Assembly: GCF_006345805.1 (NCBI RefSeq)
Contig: NW_021833678.1
Span: forward strand, 1 to 61,413
Origin: Octopus sinensis
Taxonomy: Eukaryota
Length of the DNA stretch: 61,413 nt
Direction of reading: 5' to 3'
Shown here: one piece after another, positions 38,541 to 52,063 of the stretch
Numbering within the stretch: the stretch's first letter is position 1
How the letters are laid out: every line of letters begins with the position of its first letter
Position numbers and translations under genes: made by a program
Notes under the pieces: model-generated
The model's database searches: none
What the model was told of the DNA's origin: nothing
Seen by the model: only the letters and a program-made list of their open reading frames with translations

Positions 38541-38571
38541 CTGAAGGGGTAAATATCATTACACCGCACCC
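38541..38571 (-). CDS. candidate 31-nt micro-exon
   Basis: atatatttttacag|GGGTGCGGTGTAATGATATTTACCCCTTCAG|gtatgt. Both sites are strong and two frames are open. No homology evidence. Confidence 0.25.
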
Positions 38572-38968
38572 CTGTAAAAATATATTTTGTCTACGTATGC
38601 AAAGGTTATGCTATATGTAAGAGTTTTGCAAAATAAGACTAATTCAACTGATTCCTCTTAAGTATGAGAAATGAGAGCGAAGTTGATGGAAATTGGCGGC
38701 TTGGCTTCACAAATAAAGATTCATAAAACGATCTGGTTCCGTTGCTTTCAGACTCGTAGGTGTTTAATTAATTCGGCGTAAGATGTGTAGGCGAGGCATT
38801 GGGCCTTGATCAGTTGTGAGTGGTTTGAGTTTCGAAAATGAGTGCACCAGTAATTGTGTTTCACAAAATGAAGTTGCTTTTAATGTTCAAAATTTGCCCG
38901 ACACCATGGCACAACAAGAATGATTATACGGAAGTGAATTTCGTTTCTTTTCTTATTAATAAAGAGTA

Positions 38969-39491
38969 CCGTAAATCCTCGAGTATAGACAGCCCTTCTG
39001 TATAATATGCAGGGGATTTTCAGGGGGTTGTACCTCTGAAAAAAGCTAAACCTTGTGTATAATACACACCTCTTCTCTAACTTGAGTCAAGAAAGTCTAT
39101 ATAACGTCCTTGATTTGTAAAAATGTATATGGCAACGTCCATTATTATTATTGCATATATAATATAATGCAAACGTGTAGCTATTTTGTGCATTTTGTTT
39201 GCAGAAAATAAAGAAATAATAGTAATAACAGTAATAACGTTTAGTAAATGTTGCTTATTGCAAGTTATGGATGATTCTTTTATGACTTCATTGCTTTCAG
39301 GTTTAGCGTAAGGTATTTCCGCGCCCGACATCACAAAATGCGTCTGAATAAACTTTGCCGGACAGCAAAATAGAGACTCGGACATTGCTTAGAAAATATT
39401 TTTCATTTTTAACCTCGTATATAGTACGCACTAGGGATTTTGATCTTTAAATTTTGGGGAAAAAATACGGATTATATTCGAGGATTTACGG
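38969..39491. mobile_element. Tc2/pogo-like MITE with TA TSD
   Basis: TA|CCGTAAATCCTCGAGTATA ... TATATTCGAGGATTTACGG|TA. Subterminal GTATAATA repeats; no coding capacity. Confidence 0.85.
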
Positions 39492-42347
39492 TAAGCGCAA
39501 AGCAAAACTTTTGCCTAATATTTTATGATGAGACACCGTTGGTATTTATCTGCTTAAGATGCTTTGATATAAAACGACTAAAAATTGATGTCAGCTAAAG
39601 CTATACGATGTTTTTGTTATTGAGGCTGTATGGTTAAAATACAAGAAGTTGTAAATAAATCCGTAAAACCTGTACATGAAAGGTACCTCAATATAATTCC
39701 ATTTTATGACAAAGTGGAATTTAGCGATTTTTGTTTATCTAGAGAATCTAGAAAATATCTTGGGGCGTGGTATATAAAGATAAGTTTTACAAATTCACTA
39801 GAAGGATAGATATACCCTGGTTTATAATATTGATTAGTAATTTAGTTATTGAAAGAATGAATATAAGCTACAGATCATCAAAAGACGATTGTGATTAGTC
39901 GTTACGAAAAAATGAGAAAAAATATATGACGGAAAAAATTAATTAAATCAAACCATAAAATATAATTTTCTTTAGAAACCAAATATCAGCGTTTAATAGT
40001 AAAAGCGCCAAGTGCCGTGAAAGTAGAGGAAAGCTAAATTTTGTGCTGCGTTTGAAATATTTCCCTTTATTTTATACCTCTTGAGAAAAAGCTTGAACAT
40101 CACACGTTCAATATATTCTCTCTCGTATAAATCTCAGTCCTTTTGCTTATGTAAAATAGCATTTACATGAAAGGAGATATAATGAATTGATGTAAAAATA
40201 TAACACGTTTCAGATTACATAAACAGCCGACACTATTCAACAGAGTGTAGAATATTGCAACGAATAAATTGGTGTAAAACATTTGTAGTAAATAAAAAAG
40301 GATAAAAAAAACAACAGTCTATTTAACACGGTTAAAATATTTTGCTTGGCTGTTAATAACTTCCTGAGTGAAAGAGTCAATCTGAAAGTGTTCTACTCTA
40401 AAACTTAGAGACTATTGAACGAATACTTAACTTAGAGTCAAAGCTAATCAAAACATTCCATTCACTAATACCAACACTATGACAGTAATATAGAAAGAAT
40501 AGATTTATTGGTTAGCATGGCGAGGTTTTAGTGTCGATTGAGGACGTATTACTTACAGGGAAATATTTCACTCAATTCAGTGAATCAATATGGCGACAAA
40601 TGAATTAGACTTTGAAAAGGAGAAGCAAAAAACAAATCGATTTTACAGTGACTAAATATATATACAAAGATACGCACCTTACATACATACTAACCTAAAC
40701 ACCTATGCACGTTTCACTGAAGTACACACACGTATGTGTGTGACTATGTATAAATATATGTTTATATATGCTTATATATATGTATATACGTATACATACA
40801 TATACATAAGCACACACACACACACATATATATATATTTATATGTATATATGTATATGTAGATATATATATATATATATTATGTATACATACGCATGTAT
40901 ATATGTATATATATATTGTATACAAATATATATATATATATACAAATATACACACATATAAAAAAAAATATATATGTAATATATATATATATATAAATGT
41001 ATATATTTACATGTCTTTGTGACGGTATATGTAAATAGCAGTATGTGTATCACACATACACTTTGTGCGTTCGAGTGCGTTTGTGTGTGAGTGCGTGCGT
41101 GCGTGCGTGCGTGTGTGCGTGTTTGTGTCTGTGTATGTGTAACACAGTTTCTTTGCCTGCGAACATATTTTGGATCAATGCCAGACTTCAGATACTACTT
41201 TTCCAATACCACTGTTTGTTATCTTTAGAATATTTTTTTTCTCTTTCTGTTTCTTTTTATTTCTGTTTTAATGTTTTAATCTAATTCAGAGGTTTTTTTT
41301 TTTTTTTGAACTGAAAATGTACGAATTGCCATTAGACAGATGAAGAAATAAGGAAACAAAACAGATTAGCATCAAAAATAGACTATAATAACTTGATAAT
41401 TCGAAGACAGTTCGAATTCATATTTTCGGTACAGCATCGACAAACTGTAAATTGCAGATTCGGGAGAAGACCAGATGATAATTATCACAGCAATTACCTA
41501 CATTCTTGTAAGTTTTGAGATTACATTTAGTTGGGGTCAGCCGTACTATTCCTATTTCTGTAGGGTGTACAAATTGTGTAGAGTAATCGATGAAGATGTC
41601 TGTGTGCTAAAACATTATATTTTTTTTTTCACCAATGTAGGAAAAAAATATAAATATTTGTCAGCCATCGTGTAGCAATATTGAAATATAACTATATAAA
41701 AACTTAAACACAGAAGGAAATTTTAATCAAATTATATCTAAAAATATTGTTGACAGATAAGATTTCAAAACCTAAATCACTCGGAAGGAATCACGGAGAG
41801 GAAAAACGAAGAAATAAATTACACTGCTTTAAAATCATTCACTTGTCTCTTATCATAAAAGAAAATATGAAATTTACGAATTTCATAAATTTCCAAAGTT
41901 ATGAAAGACTACATCATAATAAGATTACGACTTTCCGCACTGTTTATTTTATCGTTAGACACTGCATTTCAATATTTATATGCATTTTAGGATCAGATCG
42001 GTTCAAACACCGACCGTCACTCTGTGTATAATTCCAAAACAAATACGTATATTTTTAAACAGTAAATTGGAATGATTACGAAAATGGAAAATACAATTTA
42101 AATTCTTTTATATTTGTAAACAATTTAATAGTGCATATCATTTCTAACCACAATATATCTCAGACTTATAATCATTAACAATAGAATATATTACAGAACA
42201 TAAGATACTGTGTGACTAAAAAGGATAACGTCAAGGAAAGATAAAAATCAAGAACTAACGATATTTGCATAAATGTAGGCGAAGGCATGGCTCTGCTTAA
42301 GAAGTGCGCTTTAAAGGTATGTGGTTTGGGGGTTTATTCCCAACAGG

Positions 42348-42720
42348 TAAGACGGCGAACTGGCAGAAACGTTAGCACGCCGGGCGAAATGCGTAGCCGT
42401 ATTTCGTCAGCCGCAACGTTCTAAGTTCAAATTCCGCCGAGGTCGACTTTGCCTTTCGTCCTTTCGTGGTCGATAAATTAAGAACCAGTTACGCACTGGG
42501 GTCGATATAAGTCTGTATTTAGCCCCTTGTGGGTAGTAAAGAAATAGAAATAGGTATTTCGTTGCCACTACGTTCTGAGTTCAAATTCCGCCGAGGTGGA
42601 CATTGCCTTTCATCTTTTCGGGGTCGATAAAGTACCAGTTACGCACTGGCGTCGATGTAATCGACTTAATCCGTTTGTCTGTCCTTGTTTATCCCCTCTG
42701 TGTTTAGCTACTTGAAATAC
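42348..42720 (+). mobile_element. SINE family A dimer inserted into a SINE B head with 12-bp TSD
   Basis: ATTCCCAACAGG at 42336-42347 and 42721-42732. The host SINE B continues with GGGCACCTTGGGCAAGTGTC. Confidence 0.85.
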
Positions 42721-42874
42721 ATTCCCAACAGGGGGCACCTTGGGCAAGTGTCTTCTATTATAGACCTAGAACAATCAAAGTTTTGTGAGTGAAATTGGTA
42801 GATGTGACCGGTCTGAAAGCCCATCGTCCGGTCACGCGCGCGCGTGTGTCTATATGAGTATCTCTTTTGTTCTT

Positions 42875-43215
42875 TTACACTATTACTGGTTTCAGCCATT
42901 TGACTCTGGCCATGCTGGAGCACCGCCTTTAGTAGAGAAAATCGTCCCCAGGACTTATTCTTTGGAAGCCTAGTACTTATTCTATCGTTCTCTTTTGCCG
43001 AACCGCTAAGTTACGGGCACATAAACACACCAGCATCGGTTGTCAAGCGATGTTGGGGGAACAAACACAGACACACAAACACATACACACACATACATAA
43101 ATATATACATATATACGACGGGCTTCTTTCAGTTTCCGTCTACCGAGTCCACTCAGAAGGCTTTGGTTGACCCGAGGCTATAGTAGAAGACAGTTGCCCA
43201 AGGTGCCAAGCAGTG
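42875..43215 (-). mobile_element. SINE family B, 5' end truncated
   Basis: Reverse complement is co-linear with family B from CORE to tail. Confidence 0.85.
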
Positions 43216-43684
43216 AGTACATGTGTGTTTGTTTGCGTGTGTGTGTGTGCGCATGTGTGCGCACGCCTTTTTATTTGTCCACCGCTTGACAACCGGTCTT
43301 ATTTTCTTTATGTCCCTGTATCTTAGCGGTTCAAAAATAAATAAATAAATAAATAAAAAGACTGAGCGACTACATACCATGCTTTAACAGAGAAGTAAAA
43401 CGACCGATTTGATCGAGCAAACATTTCAGAGTTGAGCCTACAGCATGACCAGGGTTCAATTACTGAAACAAACAAAAATTCTCTTAAATGAACAAAATGG
43501 TTAAAACAATAATAAAATGTTTATACAAAGCCAGGAGTGGCTATGTGGTAAGAAGCTTTGGGCAAGTGTCTTCTACTATAGCTTCAAGCCGACCAAAGCC
43601 TTGTCAGTTGATTGGTAGACGGAAAAGGAAAGAAGCTCGTCGTATGCGCGCGCGCGTGTGTGTGTGTATGTATATATATATATA

Positions 43685-43893
43685 AAGTTAATCCAAACAT
43701 GAAAACACAAAGAGAAAACACAACAACGCGAGGACGTGGAACAAATATAGTATTATTGGACGCTCAGGAAGGAAGGAAAGAAGGAGGGTTTAACGTTTCG
43801 AGCGGAGCTCTTCGTCGGAAACATAGGAGAAGGAAAGATCCAGAGAAGGGGAGACAGAGGAAAAAAATCGCCAACGGTACACACGCGGTCACA
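43685..43893 (-). mobile_element. family H3 copy with hammerhead-like motif at 43788-43822
   Basis: Reverse complement GTTT CCGACGA A GAGC TCC GCTC GAAAC GTT AAAC, giving a 4-bp stem I GUUU/AAAC. Confidence 0.75.
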
Positions 43894-44014
43894 TTTAATA
43901 TATATATATTTAAATATATAAGTTCATCAAAATTTAGATTCAAATGAATATGGTACTTAGATTAGATGCGCCAGAATTTTGTATGGTGTTATCTATATAA
44001 ATCCATGGGGTGAT

Positions 44015-44130
44015 TATAATCAAAATAAGCAACAAGAATATCTTCGGTAAGAATATCTCACAAGAATATCAACAAGAATATCTTCGGTACCAAATTACCG
44101 AAGATATTCTTGTTGCTTATTTTGATTATA
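44015..44130. repeat. 35-bp perfect inverted repeat with internal partial duplications
   Basis: 44015-44049 is the reverse complement of 44096-44130. An inner copy at 44070-44089 closes a 6-nt loop CCAAAT. The right part is homologous to 8225-8260. Confidence 0.9.
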
Positions 44131-44152
44131 TTTATATACATATATATATGTA

Positions 44153-44192
<40 letters not shown>

Positions 44193-44584
44193 TGTGTGTG
44201 TGTCTGTGTTTGTCCCCACTCCCAGCGCTGAGAACCGATGTTGGTGTGTTTACGTCCCCGTAACTTAGTGGCTCAGTAAAAGAAACCGACACAATAAGCA
44301 CTAGGCTTACAAAAATAAGTCGTGGGGTCGATTTGTTTGACTAAAGGCGATTGCCCTAGCATGGCTGCAGTGAAATGACTGAAACGATTAAGGGACTAAA
44401 CAAATACAATACTTTGTTAGCGTTTAAAGCCCCTTGTAAATCAAAAAGAAGATGAGTAACTCCCTACTATTTAAAAACGAATTACGATGTATGAATAGGA
44501 TTTTTAAAAAATGATAAAACCGCATAAAAGAACGAAAGAGCTTTATATCCAGGTCCAATGACAAGCATGTAAAGTATTAAACAT

Positions 44585-45105
44585 TCTTTTCTACTCTAGG
44601 CACAAGGCTCCAAATTTTGAGGGAGGGGGCCAGTCGATTATATTGATCCCGGTACGCAACTGGTACTTAATTTATCGACCCCGAAAGGACGAAAGGAAAA
44701 GTCGACCTCAGTAGAATTTGAACTCAGAACGTAAACTATATGTGGATATATTATTTTCTACTCTAGGCACAAGGCCCGAAATTTTTTTTTTTTTGGAGGG
44801 GAGTGCCAGTCGATTAGATCGACCCCAGTACGCAACTGGTACTTAATATATCGACCCCGAAAGGATGAAAGGTAAAATCGACTTCGGCGGAGCTTGAACT
44901 CAGAACGTAAACCACATGTGGATATATTCTTTTCTACTCTAGGCACAAGGCTCGAAATTTTCGTCCCCATAACTTAGCGCTCCGGCAAAAGGGACGAATA
45001 GAATAAGTACTAGGCATACAAAGAATAAGTCCTGGGGTCGTTTTGCTCGACTAAAGGCGGTGCTCCAGCGTGGCGGCAGTCAAATGACTGAAACAAGTAA
45101 AAGAG
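44585..45105. mobile_element. minus-strand SINE A units with type-2 tail, abutting a plus-strand SINE B tail
   Basis: Repeated TTTTCTACTCTAGGCACAAGG...ATCGACCCCGAAAGG, followed by TCCCCATAACTTAGCG...GACTGAAACAAGTAAAAGAG. Confidence 0.8.
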
Positions 45106-45270
45106 AGATATACTCATATATACACACATAGAGGCATCTAACTAAGTGTGTATATGTGTGTTTTTAAACAAAAATTTTTTATCAATTCTAGAATGATATA
45201 TACAATAAAGTTGAGGCTGCTGTGATTTGAACTGAAAATGTATCAAATAATATTTTATACGTCGACTTAC

Positions 45271-45299
45271 CAATCCTGCCGTCTACCACTGTTTCGTTC
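45271..45299 (-). CDS. candidate 29-nt micro-exon
   Basis: ctgttgttattattag|GAACGAAACAGTGGTAGACGGCAGGATTG|gtaagt. Splice-site match only. Confidence 0.2.
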
Positions 45300-46760
45300 C
45301 TAATAATAACAACAGTAATGTGTTAAAATTGGATTTTCGGGATAGAAACATGGTGTGAGTTAGCTGGAATGTTCACATGGGATCATTAGAATCAGATTTA
45401 TTTTTTATTATTTCACATTCCAAAATTTTGTTTTGCGTTTTTTTCATATCAGTAACACCGTGAAAAAAAAAATTAATTGGTCTATTTATATAAATACTGT
45501 TTGATTGAATTTTCTTTTTACCCTTAATAATATCATTTATATCTTTATTTACTTCATATCCTTTTTTTCATGATTTGATATTATTTTTACCAAATAACAA
45601 ATAATATCATGAAATAGATTATGAGATCTTAGAAAAAAACATTCATAAGCTCTGGAGTAAAAAAACAAATAGTTTAACGTACCTTTATAATTTTTTATAT
45701 GTTTTCTTATATTTAAAATGAATTTTTTTCTATTAGATCAATGTGTGAACTTTGTTTTCTCAATTAATTATTTCTATATTGCAATAACATTCACCTGATC
45801 TTTGTTTCGTCATACTGAAAAGAGAGTCCTGGTATGAATGCGTTAAGTAATCAGAACAAATACGTGCGGCAACAAAAAGAAAAATTGTAACACACAAAAG
45901 CAGAAAAAAATCATATCAAAAATAAAGTGCGCGAAGCATCATCCATCAAATATACATATACATACGGACATAGGGAAGTATTAAAAAGAGAAATCAATAA
46001 TAATGATGATGTTAAGAAAAACAACAATAACGACAACAACGGCAATAACAATAATAATAATAATAATAATAATAACAATAGAAATAATAATAACGACTTT
46101 CACAATGATGATGACTATAGTGTTGAGATATATATATATGTATATATATATAAACACACGCATGTATATAAGTATATATATCTATTATATATATATATCT
46201 ACATATCTATATATATAGGTATATATATAGGTATGTAAGTATATATAGATGTGTGTGTATATATGTATACATACATACGCATATATATATATGTATATAT
46301 ATATACATATATAAATATATATATATGTATATATAACATATATATACATATACTTGTATATATATATGAATATATATTATAGCATCCATCCATATATATA
46401 ATATATATATATATTTCACACACGCACGTCCCCATACATACATTCATGCACACAGATGGTGCAATAACTCTTATTAGATTTGTAGAAGTCGAATGATGTC
46501 AAAATGTAGGAAAGTAAGGAAAAGCAAAAAAAAAAAAAGAAAAATGGGAAAGAAAAAAAATAACATCAAAACGCATATAAAAACACTAACTGACGCGCCT
46601 CCCGTCCGTACCTTTACGCACAAAAACCTATAATATGTATATATATATAATATATATATATATAGATATATATATAGATTATAATATATATATAATATAA
46701 ATGTATATTATATAAATGTATATATAAATGTATAAAAACCCCTATACATACATACATACA

Positions 46761-46805
<45 letters not shown>

Positions 46806-47439
46806 GCATACGTATATACATGCACATGTATGTGGGAGCGTAGTATATTTTTGTAGGTGTGGGTGTGTGAATCAGTGTAAACATCAAATAATACTAGAGG
46901 AAAATATAATATATATTCTAACGACCTAACAATAGCTAAGCCAATAACTAGTTATTTTTTCTGTTCCTCCTCCTCCTCCGCATCATCATCATTCTCACCA
47001 TTATTATTATTATATTATTATTATTATTATTATTGTACTTTTCTTTGTTTACATGTATTTCTATTTATATGCATATATATCTATCTATATGTATATATAT
47101 TTATTTGTATCAATATATATTTGTAGTTGTACATGTACATGTATATTTTTATATTTTTTATGTATATTATACATATATACGCACAAAGTTTGTTATATAT
47201 TTAAGGGTGTGTTGTGTATGTGTGCACGCATGTGTATTAATGTTTCTCTGTTCTTTTTTTAATTTAGGTACATTCTGTTTTTTGTTTTTTCTTAGTTTTT
47301 TTTCATTTATTTTCCAACGAATTGTTTTTTGTTTATCATGCAGAATAATACTGAAATTTTCTCTGCGCCAACTCTTATTTGTAAGCGTTCGTTTGCTTTA
47401 AAACATAGTCTAATTAAGGTATATTAGAACAATAAAAGT

Positions 47440-47490
<51 letters not shown>

Positions 47491-47492
<2 letters not shown>

Positions 47493-47779
47493 TGACAGTT
47501 TGGCTTGCGAGATTAAGCAGTTGTGGTCGATGAAAAATGTGGTAATAGTATTAATAATGATCGGGGCCCTGGGAACAGTGAGTAAAAGTAATGAGAAGTA
47601 GATGGAAAAAATATGGGCTGTAATAAGTGTGGAGCACTTGCAGGAAACAGCACTGCTTGGAACAGCTCGAATACTCTGGATGGTGCTCAAAAACTAAGGG
47701 GTGTTACTTTAGTTCACTGGTAGTGAAAAGCTGACACTGTAGTACATCTCCAGCGTTAGAAGCTGGTCAAAGGAAATAA
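47491..47779 (+). pseudogene. 3' end of an R4/Dong-clade (RLE) non-LTR retrotransposon, copy 1
   Basis: YDSLACEIKQLWSMKNVVIVLIMIGALGTVSKS...LQETALLGTARILWMVL plus 3' UTR; flanked by (TAA)n. Confidence 0.85.
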
Positions 47780-47800
47780 ATAATGATAATGATGATGATG

Positions 47801-47862
<62 letters not shown>

Positions 47863-47863
<1 letters not shown>

Positions 47864-48428
47864 GTTACAATATAGCAAGTATTGTCCATTGGATACTTTG
47901 CAATAATTATGGAGTTGACAGAGCCGAAAAAGTGGTACGAACATGGGCACGAAAGCAACATCGAAAATGATAATGCAAAGACCCTATGGGATTTTATGTT
48001 TCAATTCGACCCTGAGATAGAAAATAGGAAGCCAGGCATAGTGTTATCTGAGAAAGAAGCAAAACTATGCTGGATCATAAATATAGCATGCTCAGCTGAC
48101 AACAAGGTATGCGATAAGAAAGAAAGAAAAGTCGATAGATATGACAGGTTAGCTTAGTAAGTTAAGCAGTTGTGGTCGATGAAAAAGGTGGTAATGGTAC
48201 TCATAATTGTCGAGGCCCTAGGAACAGTGAATAAAAATAGTGAGAAGTAGATGGAATAAATAGGGGCTGCAATAAGGGTAGGGCACTTGCAGAAAACAGC
48301 ACTGCTTGGAACCACTTGAATACTCCGCATGGTGCTCGAAAAATAAGGAGTGTTATCTTAGTTCACTAGTAGTGAACAACTGGCACCGTAGTACATCTCC
48401 AGCGATAGAAGGTGTGCAAAGACAATAA
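47863..48428 (+). pseudogene. 3' end of an R4/Dong-clade RLE retrotransposon, copy 2 (longer, same family)
   Basis: NIASIVHWILCNNYG...WYEH...IENDNAKTLWDF...IENRKPGIVL...CWIINIAC.ADNKV..K..KVDRYDRLA...LQKTALLGT (decayed PD-(D/E)xK endonuclease region); flanked by (TAA)n. Confidence 0.9.
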
Positions 48429-48447
48429 ATAATAATAGTACTAATAC

Positions 48448-48494
<47 letters not shown>

Positions 48495-48509
48495 TTAATA
48501 ATAATAATG

Positions 48510-48548
<39 letters not shown>

Positions 48549-48574
48549 TTATAATAACAACAACAACAACAATG

Positions 48575-48649
<75 letters not shown>

Positions 48650-48672
48650 CAACAACAACAATAATAATAATA

Positions 48673-48900
48673 AATTGATAAGTATGATAATTGAGATCGC
48701 CAAAATGAGGCAGCAACGACAGTCTAACATAAGGGTTCTCCCTATTGTCATCGGATCATTGGGTTCAATAACACCCAACCTATGAGGGGCTGTGCCCGAT
48801 GTTATAGTAAATATTCCAAAATGAAGAGGGGGAGACAAAGACTGAAGGATATTCCTCAGAAGTTTGCAGAGCTGAAGCTGTTAGGGGCAGTAGAAAGATG
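48673..48900 (+). pseudogene. 3' RLE fragment of a second, different R4-like family
   Basis: IDKYDN.EIAKMRQQRQSNIRVLPIVIGSLGSITPNL, beginning immediately after (TAA/CAA)n. Confidence 0.65.
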
Positions 48901-49634
48901 AAACTGTTGCAGATCCCTGCTATTCGTCATCCTGTTAATACACTCGAATAAGACTCCGTGTTTAGTTGAATACAACATGGAGGATAGAACTTAACAAGAG
49001 CGTTATGGTCGATAAAGAGCGTTGTGGTCGATAAAGAAACATATAAGAGACTAGTAGACATGTGCGGAAATAAAATTGACCCCCCCCCTAGAGTATTGGT
49101 GGAGTTTGATGAACTGCCACCAGTAGTTGAACTCAAAGACCTGGAGCCTTATATGAGGCATTTAAAAAGGGAAAAAAAAATAAAAAGACGAGTAAGTAAA
49201 ATTAATTTGATAAAAGAAAAACTAAAAAGAAAGGAAAAGTGCTTCGAAGGAAAAAGAGGTAAAAAAAATGATAATTAAGAAAAGAAAAAAACAACAGACA
49301 ATAATAGCACGATTGTAATATAGTGTGTACAGACGTTCGAATTGTACTGCATGAGGAGTGGGGCCCATGCAGCCATTTCACTTTCCATTTTTATGTAATA
49401 TTCATCCTCATTCGTTTTATGTTTATTGTTCCCACTGTGGTGTTGTGTCTGTCCTTGATATGTCCACTCTTTGTTCAGGCTACATGCCTATAATAGGGAT
49501 TTTAAGAGCGTTATGGTAACTAGAAAAAGACAGATGATTGCTGATTTAGAATAAGAATGTTAGATACGTGGAATGGACTTGCTGTGAATAGAATCAATAA
49601 AGAAAAATTGCCAAGGTAGGCAAACTCCGTTAAA

Positions 49635-49939
49635 GGTTGTTTGTTCCTTCTCAAGCCCTGCTTGGCTCATAAAGGCCGGCTTCCCGGTTTCCTTGGCATA
49701 TAGGTTCCCCACTTGGACGGGACGCCGGTCCGTCGCAGGTGAGCTGCAAGATGCAGGAAGAAAGAGTGAGAGAAAGTTGTGGCGAAAGAGTCAGCAGAAA
49801 TTTCGCCATTACCTTCTGCCGGAGTCGCGTGGAGCGTAGGTGTTTCGCTTATAAACACACACATCGTCCGGTCTGAGATTCGAACCCGCGATCTCTCGAC
49901 CACAAGTCAGCTGCTCTAACCACTAAGCCATGCGCCTCC
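49635..49939 (-). mobile_element. tRNA-derived SINE, head type C with a different tail (Y)
   Basis: Reverse complement GGAGGCGCATGGCTTAGTGGTTAGAGCAGCTGAC...GGGTTCGAATCTC. The body matches the 26186 copy up to about CTCTCACTCTT and then diverges. Confidence 0.8.
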
Positions 49940-50521
49940 CCCCCATTAAACGTAGTGGGTACTTATCAGAACGATATATATTTAAGAAATTAGCGAAGTC
50001 GTGTTTTGTAAATACGAAGTAGCTGAGCTAATACAGAATTCTATTGAGTTTAGAAAGTCAAGAGAAATCAGTTGAAATTAAGTTGACGAAGGAACTAAAC
50101 GAATTAGTACTGATGTGCTACTGTTTATATGAATCAAGTAGGATAAAACATAAGCAGCTACACTCATCTCTCTATATATAAAATTCTTTGTCTATTCCAT
50201 ATGCATTCTCATACGGCTCCATCAAATAAAATAAAATTTTACAAGGTAATAGTATTACAACCTGCGAGGGTCAACATGTAATTTTTATTTTCATTTGGAT
50301 TGAAAGATTTTCATTTTCTCGAAGACAATCTTTCTATAATAAACTATATTAAAGAACATGACTACGACGACGACGTTACATTTTGTATATGAGTGTGTAT
50401 GCGTCTCTGAGTGGGTGTGTGTGTTTGCACGTTCTTTAAGTACGAGATAGTAAAGGACATTTTATACCACCATGACGACGACGAAGACTAATCTTTATGT
50501 AGATATTTGTAAATCCAAATA

Positions 50522-50720
50522 CAGTAATCCCTCTACTGTCACAGGTATTCCATTCCAAAGCCCACCGCGATAGGTGAAAATCCGCGAAGTAGAAACAGTA
50601 CTGCACTGTATATTTTTTTTACAGTACTTTTATAATTTGTATATATTCATTTTATAATAAATACAAAACAACACCACGGAGGAGCACACGTAAGCTTCAA
50701 TAGTAAACCGCGATAGGGCG
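50522..50720 (+). mobile_element. Tigger/pogo-like MITE remnant
   Basis: TA|CAGTAATCCCTCTACTGTCAC TIR-like start and internal CCCACCGCGATAGGTGAAAATCCGCGAAGTAG. No right TIR found. Confidence 0.5.
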
Positions 50721-50887
50721 ATGGATTTCTCTACACGCATATTTACCCATTTCAGTTTATGGGTGTGTGTGCACGCATATGTGTGTGTGTGTGTGCGTGT
50801 GTTTGTGTGTGTGTCTGTCTGTCTGTGTGTGTATGCATAAATGATAATGCTGATAGTCACCAACCGAAGTACACTTTGCAAACGAAT

Positions 50888-50944
<57 letters not shown>

Positions 50945-51047
50945 GATATATATCATATAATATATATATATACATATATATATATATACGCATATACAGA
51001 TATATATATATTATATATATATATGCATTATATATATATATATACAC

Positions 51048-51102
<55 letters not shown>

Positions 51103-51129
51103 TACATATACATATATCTATATATATAC

Positions 51130-51162
<33 letters not shown>

Positions 51163-51273
51163 ATATATATATCTTAAGAAGATGGAGGCAGTAAAAATTG
51201 TGGATAATCTCTTAGCACTTTCATTCGTTCAGTCACCCTCTTCAAGATATTTATGTGATATATACATACATAC

Positions 51274-51362
<89 letters not shown>

Positions 51363-52063
51363 GATACATACTCATATATATTTAAATCCGATATATATAT
51401 AAGTGTAATATATATATATATATATATATATAAGTGCGCACACTCATATATATAATCATAATATAATTAATTATGTATCTGCGCGTGTGCAATATATTTT
51501 CTAAATCTCTTGTTCTATCTGGTTTTATTTATTATATTTTAGTTCTTTGTACTTATTCGGCCTGTAAAATGAAATCGTAAAAATGTTGAGAGTCAGCAGC
51601 TTATTTCGATAGCAGTACGCTGATAAGTATTTAATCCTTTACGTATTTTCAATATTCAAGATATCTATACCATGAAAGATTAACATAATATATTTCATTT
51701 TTCAAATCTAAGTGCTTTGTAGTGAGTAGGTGTTATATATGTGACGTGAAATCACAATGTAGTTTTGATCCTCGTTCAAAACAGATTTACATACGTTTAT
51801 GCCTTTGAAGGTAAATAGTAACTATATATGCTACATGGTCTGTACATTAGTACTGCTCATCTCTTGTAAGTCCACCAAATATATATTCGTTTGACCTCCC
51901 ATCGAAGATCTATGTCATTTATTCTCAATTCTAATTAAACATTTTCGCAAAATTTCCCTTTACAAAATTCTCCCATTACTCGAAAATTTCATAAAGACTT
52001 TTACCGATAGCCGACCAGGAACAGGTGCGGCTTTTTATATCTCACCAAAGTAAAAAGGGTTGA

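Larger units (their letters stand above)
43530..44390 (+). mobile_element. SINE family B (head about 43530-43645, tail about 44190-44390) hosting two insertions in its microsatellite
   Basis: Family H3 element at 43685-43893 and a hairpin element at 43920-44130 lie between (TA)n/(TG)n runs. Confidence 0.75.

Noticed and set aside
40556-40610. Minus-strand segment with a strong GTAAGT donor
   Set aside because: Stop codons occur in all three frames and the acceptor is weak.
50165-50200. Helitron-like TCTCTATATATAAAA start
   Set aside because: No matching 3' hairpin plus CTAG end was found.
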